A stretch of 64,000 nt of DNA from Mustelus asterias (GCF_964213995.1 NW_027590151.1:372001-436000); one strand, 5' to 3'; shown: positions 34,570-48,543, numbered from the stretch's first letter. Translations and numbers: made by a program. Notes: a model not told the origin generated them from the sequence alone.

Positions 34570-37509
34570 AACCGGGTCCAGATAAAAGCTGGAATAAGGA
34601 CACTTTGCCTGAATGCACGCAGCATTCGGAACAAGGTGAATGAGTTGATGGTGCAAATCAGCACAAGTGGGTACGATCTAGTGGCCATTACAGAAACGTG
34701 GCTGAAAGGTGACCAGGACTGGGAGATGAATATCCAGGGGTATCAGGCGTTTAGGAAGAATAGACAGGAAGGAAAAGGTGGTGGGGTCGCGCTATTAATA
34801 AGAGATAATATCAGGGTAGTACTGAGGGATGACATAGGCTCTGAGGAACAAAACGTGGAATCATTATGGGTAGAGATGAGGAATAGTAGAGGGAGAAAGA
34901 CACTAGTAGGTGTGGTATATAGGCCCCCAAATAATAATGTTGAGGTAGGGAGTGCTATAAACAAGCAGATAAGGGATGCGTGTAAAAACGGAACGGCAAT
35001 AATCATGGGGGACTTCAACATGCACATTGACTGGCAGACTCAAGTCGGTAAGGGTGGAATGGAGGAAGAGTTCTTAGAATGCTGTCGGGATAGTTTCCTT
35101 GAACAGCATGTTACGGAACCGACGAGGGAACGAGCTATTTTGGATCTGGTATTGTGTAACGAGGTAGGTAGAATTAAGGATCTTATTGTGAAGGACCCTC
35201 TTGGGTCTAGTGACCACAATATGGTCGAATTTCTGATTCAGATGGAAGAGGAGAAAGTTTGGTCTCAAACCAGTGTCCTCTGTTTGAACAGAGGGAAATA
35301 TGATAGGATGAGGGATGAATTGGCTAAGGTAGACTGGGAGAGCAGGCTGGCAGGTAGGATAGCTGAGGAACAGTGGAGGATTTTTAAGGAGATCCTTTTC
35401 AGTTCTCAGCAAAAATATATTCCAGCAAAAAACAAGGATTGTAAGAAAAGGGAGAACCAGCCGTGGATAACGAAGGAAATAAAGGAGAGTATTAAAATAA
35501 AAACAGCTGCGTACAGAGTGGCCAAAAATAGTGGAGAAACAAGTGATTGGGAAAAATTTAAGAAACAACAAAGAGAGACTAAGAAAGCGATAAAGAAAGG
35601 AAGGATAGACTATGAAGCTAGGCTAGCAATTAATATAAAAAATGATAGTAAAAGTTTTTATAAATATATAAAAAGGAATAGAGTGGCTAGAGTGAATGTT
35701 GGACCCTTAGAGGATGAGAGGGGGGAGTTAATAGTGGGAAATGAGGATATGGCTGAGTCTTTAAATAAGTTTTTTGTGTCGGTCTTCACGTGTGTCGGAG
35801 GACACAAATAGTTTGCCAAACATTAACGATAGAGGGTTGGCAGCAGGAGAAATACTTAATACAATTAATGTTACCAGAGAGGCAGTGCTGGGTAGACTAA
35901 TGGGACTGAAGGTGGACAAGTCCCCGGGTCCGGATGGAATGCATCCCAGGGTATTGAAAGAAATGTCAGAGGTAATAGTGGATGCGTTAGTGATTATTTA
36001 TCAAAACTCGTTGCATTCTGGGGTAGTGCCGGTTGATTGGAAAACGGCTAATGTTACGCCGCTGTTTAAAAAAGGAAGGAGACAAAAGGCGGGTAACTAT
36101 AGGCCGGTCAGCTTAACGTCTGTAGTAGGGAAAATGCTGGAATCCATTATTAAAGAGGAGATAGCAGGGCATCTGGATAGAAATGGTTCGATCAATCAGA
36201 CGCAGCATGGATTCATGAGGGGAAAGTCGTGCTTGACGAACATGTTGGATTTTTATGAAGATGTGACGAGGGCGGTTGATGGAGGAGAACCGGTGGATGC
36301 GGTGTTTTTGGATTTCCAAAAGGCGTTTGATAAGGTGCCCCATAAAAGGCTGCTGAAGAAGATTAGGGCACACGGAGTTGGGGGTAGTGTGTCAAAGTGG
36401 ATTGGGGACTGGCTATCCGACAGGAAGCAAAGAGTCGGAATAAATGGGTGTTTTTCCGGTTGGAGGAAGGTAACTGGTGGCGTGCCGCAGGGATCGGTAC
36501 TCGGGCCGCAACTGTTTACCATTTATATAGATGATCTGGAGGAGGGGACGGAGTGTAGGGTAACGAAGTTTGCAGACGACACAAAGATAAGTGGAAAAGT
36601 GAATCGTGTGGAGGACGGAGAAGATCTGCAGAGAGATTTGGACAGGCTGAGTGAGTGGGCGAGGATATGGCAAATGGAGTATAACGTTGACAAATGCGAG
36701 GTTATACACTTTGGAGGAAATAATAACAAATGGGATTACTATCTCAATGGAAACAAATTAAAACATGCTACCGTGCAAAGGGACCTGGGGGTCCTTGTGC
36801 ATGAGACGCAAAAGCCCAGTCTGCAGGTACAACAGGTGATCAAGAAGGCAAATGGGATGTTGGCCTATATTGCGAGGGGGATAGAATATAAAAGCAGGGA
36901 TGTCTTGATGCACCTGTACAGGGCATTGGTGAGGACGCAGCTGGAATACTGTGTGCAGTATTGGTCCCCTTATATGAGGAAGGATATATTGGCATTGGAG
37001 GGAGTGCAGAGAAGGTTCACCAGGTTGATACCGGAGATGAGGGGTTTGGATTATGAGGAGAGGCTGAGGAGATTGGGTTTGTACTCGTTGGAGTTTAGAA
37101 GGATGAGGGGGGATCTTATGGAGACTTATAAGATAATGCGGGGGCTGGATAGAGTGGAGGCGGAGAGATTCTTTCCACTTAGTAAGGAAGTTAAAACTAG
37201 AGGACACAGCATCAAAATAAAGGGGGGTCGGTTTAAGACAGAGTTGAGGAGGAACTTCTTCTCCCAGAGGGTGGTGAATCTCTGGAATTCTCTGCCCACT
37301 GAGGTGGTGGAGGCTACCTCGCTGAATATGTTTAAGGCGCGGATGGATGGATTCCTGATCGGTAAGGGAATTAAGGGTTATGGGGATCAGGCGGGTAAGT
37401 GGTACTGATCCACGTCAGATCAGCCATGATCTTATTGAATGGCGGGGCAGGCTCGAGGGGCTAGATGGCCTACTCCTGCTCCTATTTCTTATGTTCTTAT
37501 GTTCTTATT
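34570..37509 (+). mobile_element. CR1 LINE lacking ORF1; ORF2 split by a 4-nt insertion near 35791
   Basis: ORFs 34540-35811 (APE) and 35774-37408 (RT, KFADD); (ttatgttc)n tail. Confidence 0.95.
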
Positions 37510-37548
37510 GGGCTGGAGTCCGGCAATTATTGATCAATTGTGTGAGTT

Positions 37549-37605
37549 TCTCTCTCTCTCTGTGTGTGTGTGCGTGTGTGTGTGTGTGTTTGTGTTTGTG
37601 TGCCT
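37549..37605. repeat. (CT)n(TG)n microsatellite
   Basis: Direct reading. Confidence 0.85.
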
Positions 37606-37656
37606 GTGCATAGGTGCGTTTTGGGAGACCAGAGTGTCTTATATCAGAGTGCTGTC

Positions 37657-37688
37657 GGTTCCATGGTGTAACGTTTCACACTCTGGAC
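37657..37688 (+). pseudogene. tRNA-Gln 5'-half relic
   Basis: ggttccatggtgtaacgtttcacactctggac. Confidence 0.6.
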
Positions 37689-37967
37689 ATTCGCCATCCG
37701 GACAATTGTTTAAATTGGGACAGGTGGGTGACTGAATGGCACCCGTAGGTGGACCCCTGTCCGCTGTGGCTTTTCTGCCTCTCAGCGCTTTTTATTCTGG
37801 AGCAACCGTCCTCTGGGCCTGATGCAATGACGTCATTCGTTGTATCATCTGCAAAGTGATTGCTGTGGAATTTGCCGAAATTACCTGTGTTTAGATTCCG
37901 ACTTTCTGGGAATTTTAAATAAAAGTCCCTTCAGCAAAATCATTATCGGCTTCGGTAAAGGAAGGCA

Positions 37968-38039
37968 AGGTTCCATCGAGATTTAAGCTCGGATCAACGG
38001 ATTCAGAGTCCAGAGTGCTCACCATTACAACATCGATCC
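37968..38039 (-). pseudogene. tRNA-Gln(CTG) pseudogene
   Basis: ggatcgatgttgtaatggtgagcactctggactctgaatccgttgatccgagcttaaatctcgatggaacct; stem mismatches. Confidence 0.75.
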
Positions 38040-38506
38040 AGGAACATCGCCACCAGCTCCAAATGAGGACACACAAATAGTTTGACCTCTTTCATTCAAT
38101 TACCCGTTTTATCCACCTGTCGTGCGACATTCAGGGACCGCTATACATGCTCACCAATGCCCCTCTGAGATTCCCAGGGTCCTGCGTTTATCATATATTC
38201 CCTTGCCTTGTTTGCCCTGCCGGAGCACATCACCTCACACTGATCCGGATCGAATTCCATTGGCAATAGACCAGCCTATCTGACCAGGTCATCGATATCC
38301 TTCTGTGAACCAAGATTACCTGCGCCCTATCTACCACCTCGCAAATGTTTGTATCAAACGCTAATTTATTGCTCAAGCCTCGAACATTCAAATCGAAATC
38401 ACTCATGCAAACCGCAGATGCAAGAACACTGATCCCTTGGGGCCCTCAGGAGACATACTCTTCCACTCTGAAAACCTGTCACAACCATCACCGTCTGCTC
38501 CCTGCC

Positions 38507-39425
38507 ATAAGAGGTCACAAGATATCGGAGCAGAATTAGGCCATTCGGCCCATCGAATCCACTCCGCCATTCAATCATGGAGGATATGGTCCTCATCCGC
38601 ATTTTCCTGCCTTCTCCCCAGAACCCTTCAACCAATTAAACATCTGTCTCATTCCTCCTTAAATTTACTCACTGTCCCAGCATCCACTGCACTTTGGGTT
38701 AGCGAAGTCCACAGGTTCAAAACCCTTTGGGAGAAGTAGTTCCTCCTCAACTCAGTTTAAATTTGCTACCCCTCATCCTAAGTCCATGACATCTCGTCTT
38801 AGAATGCCCCAACAGCCGAAGCATTCGTTCCACGTCTACCTTATCCATGCCTTTTATCATCTTGTACACCTCAATTTGATCTCCCCTCATTCTTCTCAAT
38901 TCCAGAGAGTATAGGCCGAAACTGTTCAATCTCTCTGCATGCGACAAACACTTCATCTCTGGAATCAATCTTGTGAACCTCCTCTGAACTGCCTCCAATG
39001 CCACGACATCTTTCCTCAAATAAGCGGAACAAAACTGCGTACAATACTTCAGGCGCGGCCTCACCAATACCTTGTGTAGTTGCAGCAATACTTCCTTGTC
39101 TTTATATTCTATGCCTTTAGCTACAACTGCCAACATTCCTCTCGCTTTATTTGTCTGCTGTCAGCATGGCAGATTCCTGTGACTCATGAACGAAGACGCC
39201 CAGATCCCTCTGCACCGGAGTATCCCAAAGTCTCTCTCCATTTAGATAGTAAGTCGTCTTCCCATTTTTCTGATCAAAATGCATGATTTCACACTTATTC
39301 ACCTTAAACTCCAGCTGCCACATTTTCACCCACTCTCCTAACCTACTTTTTTCATTAGTAAGTTTCTTATTTCCTCCTTGCAACTTACTGTCCCGCCTAT
39401 TTTTGAGTCATCTGCAAATTTGGCG
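38507..39425 (-). mobile_element. CR1 RT 3' fragment
   Basis: ORFs 38747-39136 and 39147-39383 (LVRPRLKYC, WQLEFKVNKCEIMHF). Confidence 0.9.
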
Positions 39426-39439
39426 ATGTTGCCTTCATT

Positions 39440-39930
39440 TCGAGTTTATTCAGGAGGAACATCTCATTCAGCATATGAATGTTCCGACGAAAGAGGGGGA
39501 GAAACTTGATCTCCTCTTGGGAAAAAAGGAAGAGCAGGTGACACAAGGAGAGTTAGGGGTCACTTTGGGACGAGTGACCATAATTCCATTAGTTTTAAGA
39601 TAGCTATGGAGAACAATAGGTCTGGCCCAAAAGTTAAAATTCTAAATTGGGGCAAGGCCAATATTAATGTTATCAGACAGGAACTTTCAAAAGTTAAGTG
39701 GGGAATTTGCTGGCAGGCAAAGAGGCGTCTGGTAAGTGGGAGGCTTTCAACAGTCTGTTAACCAGGTATCAGGACAAGCACATTCCTCTTAGCGTGAAGG
39801 GCAAGGCTGGTAGAACGAGGGAATGCTGGATAACTGGCGATATTGAGGCCCTGATCAAGAAGAAGAATGAGATAAATGTCATACACCGGCAGCTGGAATC
39901 AAATGGATCCTTGAAGAATATAGAGGGTGT
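39440..39930 (+). mobile_element. CR1 ORF2 internal fragment
   Basis: PTKEGEKLDLLLG, SDHN, WEAF..WITGDIEALIKKK. Confidence 0.75.
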
Positions 39931-39934
39931 AGAA

Positions 39935-40995
39935 ACACTAGGTTAAAGTCCAATCAGTTGACGTGGTCGCACGAGCTTTCGGAGTACTGCTCCTTCATCA
40001 GGTGAGTGGAGAGTTGGGTTTAGAAACAGGGCATAGAAAGACACAGACTCAATTGCAAGATAATGGTTGGAATGCGTGTCTTAACAGCGAATCAAGTCTT
40101 TACAGGTACAGACAATGCGAGTGGAGAGGGGGACAATGAAAGGTTAAAGCAGTGTGAATTGGCTCACGCCAGGCCAGTTGGTAGGGTATTGCAAGACCAG
40201 GTCAAATGGTGGGGGTTACAAGTCGTGTGACATGAACGCAAGGTCCCGGTTGAGGCCGTTCTCATGTATGGAATTTGGCTGTCAGTTTCTGCTCAGCGAT
40301 TCTGCGTTGTCGTGCGTCTTGAAGGCCGCCTTGGAGACCGCTTACCCGAAGATCGGTGGTTGAATGCCCTTGACTGCTTAAGTGTTCCCCGACAGGAAGG
40401 GAATACTCTTACCGGGTGATTGTCGAGCGGTGTCCATTCATCCGTTGTCGTAGCGTCTGCATGGTCTCGGCGATGTTCCATGCTTCAGGATATCCTTTCC
40501 TGCAGCGTATGAGGTAGACAACGTTGGCCGAGTTGCATGTGTATGTATCGTCCAGCTGGTGGATTCTGTTCTCACGTGTGATGGTGGCATCCGGGTCGAT
40601 GATCCAACACATCTTGCAGAGGTTGCCGTGGCAGGGTTGTGTGGTGTCGTGGTCGCTGTTCTCTTGAAGGCTGGGTAGTTTTCTGCGAACAATGGTCTGT
40701 TTAAGGTTGCTCTGTTTTTTGAAGGCAAGTAGGGGGCGTGGAGAACGCCTTCGCGTGATATTCGTCTTCATCGATTGTACGCTGACGGCTCCGAAGAAGA
40801 TGTCATAGCTTCTCCACTCCGAAGATGTCTTGGCTTCTGCACTCTGGGGACGTAATGGAGGAGGAAGGGCACTCTGACGGCCGTGTCCCGTACTTGTCTT
40901 CTGAGGAGGTCGGTGCGTGTTTTTGCTGTGGCGTGTCGGAACTGTCGATCGATGAGTCAAGCGCAATATCCTGTTCTCACAAGGGCGTCTGTCAA
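39935..40995 (-). mobile_element. Penelope-like element 3' part (GIY-YIG + pseudo-LTR)
   Basis: PCHGNLCKMC..TCNSANVVYLIRCRKG..AETMQTLRQRMNGHRSTI; hammerhead core 39973-40001. Confidence 0.9.
39970..40004 (-). ncRNA. Minimal type I hammerhead ribozyme motif
   Basis: CAC-CUGAUGA-A-GGAG(cagua)CUCC-GAA-AGCU-C-GUG: core intact, palindromic AGCU in place of stem III. Confidence 0.55.
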
Positions 40996-41073
40996 AAACG
41001 ACACCGCACAGATTCCGACGTTCAACCCGAGCTGTTGGACTTCAGCTCCAAGGACAAAAACTTGCATCAACTC

Positions 41074-41155
41074 TGGCAGCGGTGGGATTCGAACCCACGC
41101 CTCGAGAGAGACTGGAGCCTAAATCCAGCGCCTTAGACCGCTCGGCCACGCTACC
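41074..41155 (-). tRNA. TRNAL-UAG: tRNA-Leu(TAG), intact
   Basis: ggtagcgtggccgagcggtctaaggcgctggatttaggctccagtctctctcgaggcgtgggttcgaatcccaccgctgcca; oligo-T downstream. Confidence 0.95.
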
Positions 41156-42539
41156 ACACAGGAAGGTGTGCTAATCATGTCGTTCCATTGCATTAATACT
41201 GAAATATATCAAAACCCGTGGAGTTGGGATGGGCCATGACGAAATCGTAACCGAATCAGATGATCCTGAAATGTGTAGCAAACAAAAATCATCTCCAGTC
41301 AGAAACACAATGAGCTGCAGCGAAGGGCCGGCTCCATTTAAACTGTCCTTAACCTCGTCTGTCTCCCAGAAAGGACAATATGGCTTCCTGTTGAATTTGC
41401 TCAGGGTCTTCACTTGAGAAAGGACAGGACACAAGGCGAAACTGAGATTTGTGCGTTCTGCCGGGAAATAACTGATATTTGTTTTCACGGCTTGGAGGAG
41501 AGCAATAAATCTTCATTTCCTGACCTGCAGTCAAAACAGCAGTGAAAGTTTCAAATTCTAACCACCAGACCAACGTGCAGCGTGTTTTGCAATTTGCTTT
41601 GCCCACGATCCTTTTGTTATTTCAATTTCCACGCCAGACCACTTGCACCACAAACTTCTCCTGCAAAATGGCACCTTCCGTTTCAACACCAGAGAAGTGT
41701 TCTGCCAATTACAGGAATAATTCTACGACAGTTATCGCGTCCGCCTCCCACGGTATGAAACTGGGCAGATTTTCTTTTCCAAATCATTTTCATTGCAGAC
41801 TGAGGGAAAAGTTATTTTATTCATATATTTGCACATTTTAATTAGTCTGATGGGTTTCCCATGCATTTTCTCATTGTGAAGTCAGGGGTCACTCCTTAAA
41901 AAGGACAGACGGTAAGGATCGGCACAGAAAACAAAGGAGGATGGATTATTTGACACAAGGACTGATGGACAAGGAGCATTGAGCTGGTGATGGCGGAACT
42001 CGGGTGTTCCAATGGTGCAAAGTCATCGTTTTCACGACCATGGACTCGATGGCAGGTGACAAATGTGGAAATAAACAGCGTATTTTTTTTTTAAAATGAG
42101 GAACCTGTCGATTGTGTGACGGAAGAGGAGGAAGATAATGGCTAAAATGACGATGATCCGCTGATTGGGAAAGTCACTGTCAGCTTCCCTGCTGGACCAG
42201 TGGTTTGGATTCGGCACTTTCATCACTGTGGACAGGATTGAGTTCCCAGCCAGAGAGTAATTCGGTTGTATTGCTGTGTGAACTGACACCGTGAAATGCA
42301 ATCCCTCATTGAATGAAACCAGACCTGGCAGCGTCTGTGGAGTGAGAAACAAAGCTAATCTTGCAGCTGGATCTTTCATCAAAGCTGGAAAAGTCGGAAA
42401 TGTAACAGATGGAAAACAACAGCTTGGCTATGATTCCAAAATATTGTGAGGGGCTTGAGGGGCGAAATGTTCCATCCAAAATCTCAATTATATTCTAACC
42501 CGTTGCCGGTATTACTCCGAGCAATAGTTACCTTCGATT

Positions 42540-42623
42540 GTTAGTGGAGCCCCGCATGGTCTTAATTACTATAGTTAAGCTTCAATATCTGAATTTCTGT
42601 GGGTTCAAATCCCACCACTGCCA
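42540..42623 (+). pseudogene. tRNA-Leu-like pseudogene
   Basis: Only the 3' gtgggttcaaatcccaccactgcca is well kept. Confidence 0.45.
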
Positions 42624-44961
42624 AAAAGTGCAGCTCGTTTGTCTTTTCAGCAAATGGCATTTTGTAAGGAAGAAAAAGCAGGGATGAAAGGTGCAGCGTG
42701 ACCTTCTGGAACAGAATGTTCACTTTTGTTGCTGTCACTATTCAATGATTCAATGGACACATTGACACCGGTTGCAGCGATGGCCAAGCGGCATTTGAAA
42801 TTATTGTTTACTCACAGAGATTTGAATCTCACCCAATGCACTGCTCAGCATTCATTCCTTTAGAATTAATTATTCTTTCAATGGAATCAAAATCTTTCAA
42901 ATATTCCCATCTGTTTTTCCTACTTCACTTCGCATTCCTTCATTTCTGTTCATCAGCTAGAATTCATCAGAACCCCAGCCAGAAATGGAAGAAAACTGAA
43001 CCCAGTTGGTGACATCCTTGATCTAAGGATGTTTGTGTCTCGTCAGCCCTCTGTGACTCTCTGTGTCTGTATGTGTTCCTCTGTGCACCAATGTGATTCA
43101 GTTCCCAGAAGGGGTGAACACATTTTTTACCATCACAAACTGCGTTCACTTATTCATATACCTCAACGGCAAATGGTACAGAGAATAACAACATGTTTGA
43201 AAGTTGCGAGAAAGATTGACTGATACAGGCTTTTTTTGACTGGCTATTGCATATTGACTCAGTGGCCGTGTGTTACACAGCAGTGGATGATTGAAATTTT
43301 CACTGATCAACATTTAAACAGACAGTGGATTCACTCGGTGTGATGGTGCGTTCCAGTTCTATATCTACAACTACAGCATCAATTTCTATCAGTTACTGTG
43401 AGTCCCAGATTTCTAATAGGTTGGAAATATACAGCAGCATGATCTAATATACCTCGTTTTAATTGAAATGAATATTCATCGATCGATTTGTATGACAACT
43501 TAGTGAATATCAGCAAGACTGGCAAAGTTTGGACAGTATTTCCCTGATGCAGAAGGACACAAAGTATATCAATATTGGGAACATAAGTTGAAACAGTAAT
43601 AGAGGGGGTCTATTTGGCGCAGGATGCTCTCAAACCTCCTCCCTTTCAGTTGCAGCAACTTTCCTGAACAATTTTCCAACAGAAATCCTGCGGCAGTTTA
43701 AATTCAGCGTTTCACTGCCTGGATCCAATTCAATTCCCATTCTCGATGCTGTGCTAATTGCTGTAACTCGCAATCAGTTACTGGTTTGCAAAGAGTCATA
43801 TTGGACTCGGAAACTTAATTCTATATCTTGCTCCACATTTGTTGCAAGCCCTGTTGAGAACTTACAGCACTTTCTGCTTTTATTATAACATGAATAATAG
43901 GAGAAGAAACAGACCACTCAGTCCATCGGGACTGTTCCGCAATTCAATACCATCTTGATTGATCTTGGGCTACAACTCAGTTTTTCCACCATCTCCCCTT
44001 ATCGCTGAATTCCCCAAGAGACCAGAAACCTGTTTATCCAACCTTAAATGTGCTCGATGATGGGGCGTACATAACTGTCAGGTACAGAGAATGCCAAAGA
44101 TTCTCAGCCCTTTGAGTAAAGTAATTTCTCCTTATCTTAGCCCGAAATGATCAGCCCCTTATCTGTGCCACAGTGGGTTAGATTCCCCGACCAACAGAAA
44201 AAAAAACTATCTCCCAGCCTCCATCCCATCAAACCTAATCAGAGCTGTGTAGGTTTACTGAGATCGCCTCTTATTCTTCTAAACTCCAGAGAATATCATC
44301 ACAGGACAACTCCCTCACCCCAGGGAGCAATCTGGTGAATCTTCTCTTTACCGTTTCCAATGCAAGCACGTCCCTTTTTAAAATTGACTGTCACATCTGC
44401 AGAGAATATTCAACATGTGGTCTCAACTAACCCCGTGCAACAGCAGAAACACCTCGTTATTCTTGACGAGTCTGACCAGCCTATTTTACAGTTTTTCCTT
44501 ATCCACGCTGCTTTTGTTATTTTAATTTTCGCGCCAGATCACATTCACCACAAGCAAGTCTCTACCGCAAAATGGCACCTTCTGTATGCACCACAGTGAT
44601 GTATTGTGTCCATTACAAGAGACAACAGACATTCCACGCACAGTTATTACTTTCGCTTCCGACGGTTCAAAACTGGACAGAAACCTTTTCAAATATTGTC
44701 GTTGCAGAGTGAGGGAAAGGTTTAATAATTCAGTGTGAACGCTAAAATCTGACCGATTTACCATCCACATGTTAGCTTACATCACCATCTCTATCGTCAG
44801 CGCTTTGCAGCCTATCACTGTCTTTCTGCTACTATATTTGTTCTTGACCTGTTGCAAATGTGACCTTTCCAGCTGTGATGTAGACATGCAAACCTCACTC
44901 GGTTGATTTTAGGAGATCTGCTTTTATTTTTAATAGTTTGCCGAGAGCAAAATATAATCGT

Positions 44962-45032
44962 TTCCTGAGCGGGAATTGAAACCAAACAACACTGGGGTCG
45001 TGCTGAACACAACCCACTGGACATCCAAGGTC
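44962..45032 (-). pseudogene. tRNA-Glu-like pseudogene (paralog 53484-53553)
   Basis: ..tccagtggg..tttcaattcccgctcaggaaa. Confidence 0.45.
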
Positions 45033-45184
45033 ACGGGTGAAATGTGTTTTTCAAATTGACTTACCATACACCTCTTAATATGTCCAGTTTGGATGGAACA
45101 TGGACTGCTTCAGCTAATGATAACATCGAATGAGTTCGCTGGGACATGAAATCGAAAGTGAGGTAAAATAGTCCCACAACATGC

Positions 45185-45560
45185 TGAAGTGATCGGGGTA
45201 TATAAAATCTAAAAAGAATTGATAGATTGAACGTTGACGAAATGTTTCTTCTCATGGGGCAATGGAGAACAACAGGTCAAATATATAGGTTGAGAGGCGG
45301 TCGATTTAAAACTGAGATGAGGAGGAACTACTTCTCGCAGAGGGTCGTGAATTTGTGGAATGCATTTCCCCATAGCGCGGTGGAGTCTGAATCTTTAAGT
45401 GTTTTCAAGGAGGGGACAGATATATTCCTAATAATAAAAGGGATGAGGGGATATTGGAACAGATAGGGAGGTGGATTTGAGACCAGTCATGAACTGATTG
45501 CATGATGGTTCAGGCTCGAAGCACTGAATTTGCCCAGTTCTGCTCCTAATTCTATTTCCT
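45185..45560 (+). mobile_element. CR1 3' fragment (paralog 53715-54090)
   Basis: RFKTEMRRNYFSQRVVNLWNA. Confidence 0.85.
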
Positions 45561-46913
45561 AAGTGTAACTTTCAATTTTCAAAACCCACCAACTCATCAC
45601 TGTGGCTCCAATGTAATCTACGTACATTACATCCACAGGTTCCCTTTCATCCACAACACAACTGCGTCCTGTAAAGGACTTGGGAATGGCCCCATTCTGT
45701 GGTGTAATTACTTTAAAATTCTTTGTTTCCCTCAGTTAAGCTCTCCTGATTTACACCCGGCCAGAGTTCTCCCCTCTTGTTATGCTGCTGGATAACACTT
45801 GTTTAAAACTTCCTACATTTCTTACCATGCCCCGTAGTAATCAAAGATTATGGAGCTAAAATATGAGATTTGTTTTCCTATGTACACAAGCTGTCTGACT
45901 TCCTGAGTTTTTCCAGCATTTTCACCTTTCACTGCAGAAATCTGTGCAGCTTTGAATGGCAATGGAAATATTTTCATTGCACAACTTCCCCAGCCGAAGG
46001 GTATGATTCGGGCTGAGGATGTTAACATCATCAACTTGCGAGATATCCCGGGTTCAAAGGCCGAGCGAGAGCTCTCATTCAGCTGTCGTTTCGTATTGGA
46101 CAATTCAAAGGTTTTGTAAATGTATTTGCAGTGCAAGCGGTGGGATTGGTTTACGTGGGATATGGTTTGAGAACCTGAGCACACAGTGCAGGCAATCTAT
46201 CAACACAACACTCACACAATTAAATCAAGACATTAAAAGGTGAATATACTTGTGGCCACTCACTTGATCTCTGGTCACCAGTTTAAAGGACCCCATGTTT
46301 GTTGGTTCAGGCAGCTGGCTGTGTGTATATTGTTATTCATTCATGAGTTGTGGATGTGTACCACACTCGCTATTCCTGTTTTTCATTGTCTCTATGTATC
46401 TCCCTCAGAATCTGTCAGTGTCTCTGACTGTGTTTTTATTACGTTGACCGATTTTGATCCTTGCTGTCTTCATTCATTCGCTGTCTCTGTGCATCCGAGC
46501 TTCACGGAATTGATTTCTGCGTTTCTCCTGGTAGCAGAGATTCAGTGGGATGAGTCTGTTCGCTCTGGAGTTTAGAATAATCAGAGGTGATCTTATTGAA
46601 AAGTCTGAAACTGGGAAACAGTTTGACAGTGTACATGCTGAGAGGCTGTTCCCCCCAACCCTGGCTAGTTTATTATGAACAAAAAAAAAGGTGAATTGTT
46701 TAAGAGGATTTTGGAATGTTTGGGAGAGGTGAAGCTGAGCATTGCAAGATGTGAATGATGTAATTGATGATTGAGAGGAAGGGATAGGAACCTTGAGGAT
46801 TCTGTAGGTCGATTCATTGTAAACTTTGAAACCAGAGCAAGCATCGACACCAGTTGGAAAAACAATTTTTGTCTCCATACATTTTAGGTTATGGAAACCA
46901 ACCTGATCCATGT

Positions 46914-46986
46914 GCTTGGCGAGCTCAGTCGGTAGAGCATATGACTCTTAATGACAGGACTGTGGGTTCGAGCCTCACGTTGGGCG
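46914..46986 (+). pseudogene. tRNA-Lys(CTT) pseudogene
   Basis: A and B boxes kept but anticodon stem tatga/tgaca is broken. Confidence 0.8.
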
Positions 46987-48543
46987 TCATTTTCCCCATT
47001 CTTGGGTGAATTCCCGATCTTCGTTCCTCCAGAAGTGTCACCGCTCAAACTGAGTCTTTCTCCTTTCGACGTTGTTTATCTCACAGTTGTGGGTTTGTGA
47101 CTGAAAACTGCCTCCTGTTCACTGGAAGGCGGAGAGTTTAGCGCTTAACTCAGCGAGAGGTTTTGTTCTCATTTATTGTGAGATTCAAAACCAGATCGGC
47201 GCGATTGTGTCAGTGGGAACAATAATCATCTCCATTGTAATTCAATCACTCCAGCCTTCCATCCTATCAAAAGACCGTCTGTCCTTTCCTCCTCTCCCTT
47301 TCTATTTTCCTTGATTCTGTGCGTGTTTGTAAATCATTAAATCACCAATTTCTTCCAGTTAGGGTCAAAGATCAGCAACCTGAATCATTCACTCTCTTTC
47401 CCTCTCCACAGAAGCTGTTGAAGCTGATGCGTGCTTCTAACATTTTCTGTTTTGAGGTGGGATTTGCAGCAACTACAATACCTTGTTTGGGATCACAGTG
47501 GATCACTTTTCTCTGACTGAATCTTACCTGTTTGAACAGTTAAAGGGCTGCCGTTTTAAATAATGAGACACCAGAATATGTCACCCTATTTGACATGAAA
47601 TGAAACAAAATGAGAATTAATCATTTCATAAAATGCTGCGAATGCAATATATATTTCATTGTCAATGCCAGCATTTGTTATTCACCCCTATTTCCCACTG
47701 AACTGAGTATTTTGCTGGGCCATTTCAGAGGGCAGTTAAGAGTCAATCACATTGCCTTGGGTTTGGAGTCCAATGGATACCAGAAAGGGGAAGGATGGCA
47801 GATTTCCTTCTGCAAAAGGTCCAGATGAGTTTTCATGACAATCAGAAAACAAGCTTCATTACTGAGACGAGCTTTCACTTCCGTTTCAGTTCTAGATTGT
47901 GGTGGGATCGGGACCTGTGAGCCTGGGCCACAGGATTCATACTCCACTGATTTTACCACTACGTCACCATCATCCCCGAAGGGTATAAGTGTAAATCCTT
48001 CACATGGAACAAACCGCTTAATTTCACATTGAAAAAATAAGATTTAAAGCAGTGTACTGTGGAAATCAGTGTCAGAGACTCAGGATACCGGGGAATTGAT
48101 GAGATATCGATTGCGTTCATTCAAAGACAGAAAAATGTGGTGAATGCTCAGTGTGAGTGATGAAGGAGCTGCGCTCCGAATGCTAGAGATTCCAAATAAA
48201 TCTGTTGCACTTTTAGCTGGTGAGAATTCTTACCGGGCACTGAAGGGCATTTGATTTACAATTCGCAAAAAGATGATTTTTATAAAATTAACAGCTTTCA
48301 GCAAATCGCACCGCAATCACATTGCAAACGGTGCAGTGGGTTACTCTCCTGGCCTCATTGCATCAGCTCCAGAGGACGATTGCTCAAGAACACAAAAAGC
48401 TCAGCGATAAAGAGGTCGACGGCTTCATTCATCAGCGATTGACCGAGAGCACGATACCTTTCTCCGAAACCACACGCACACATGCATGCACGCACACACC
48501 CACGCACGCACACTTGCTCAATAATGCTCCGGCCACCTCAATT

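Noticed and set aside
21910-37207. Antisense ORFs overlapping the CR1 ORF2 copies
   Set aside because: Shadow frames of the RT coding strand
42774-42840. tRNA-Ser(TGA)-like relic (similar faint relics near 51858-51920 and 62720-62780)
   Set aside because: Only short ends match; too decayed to call
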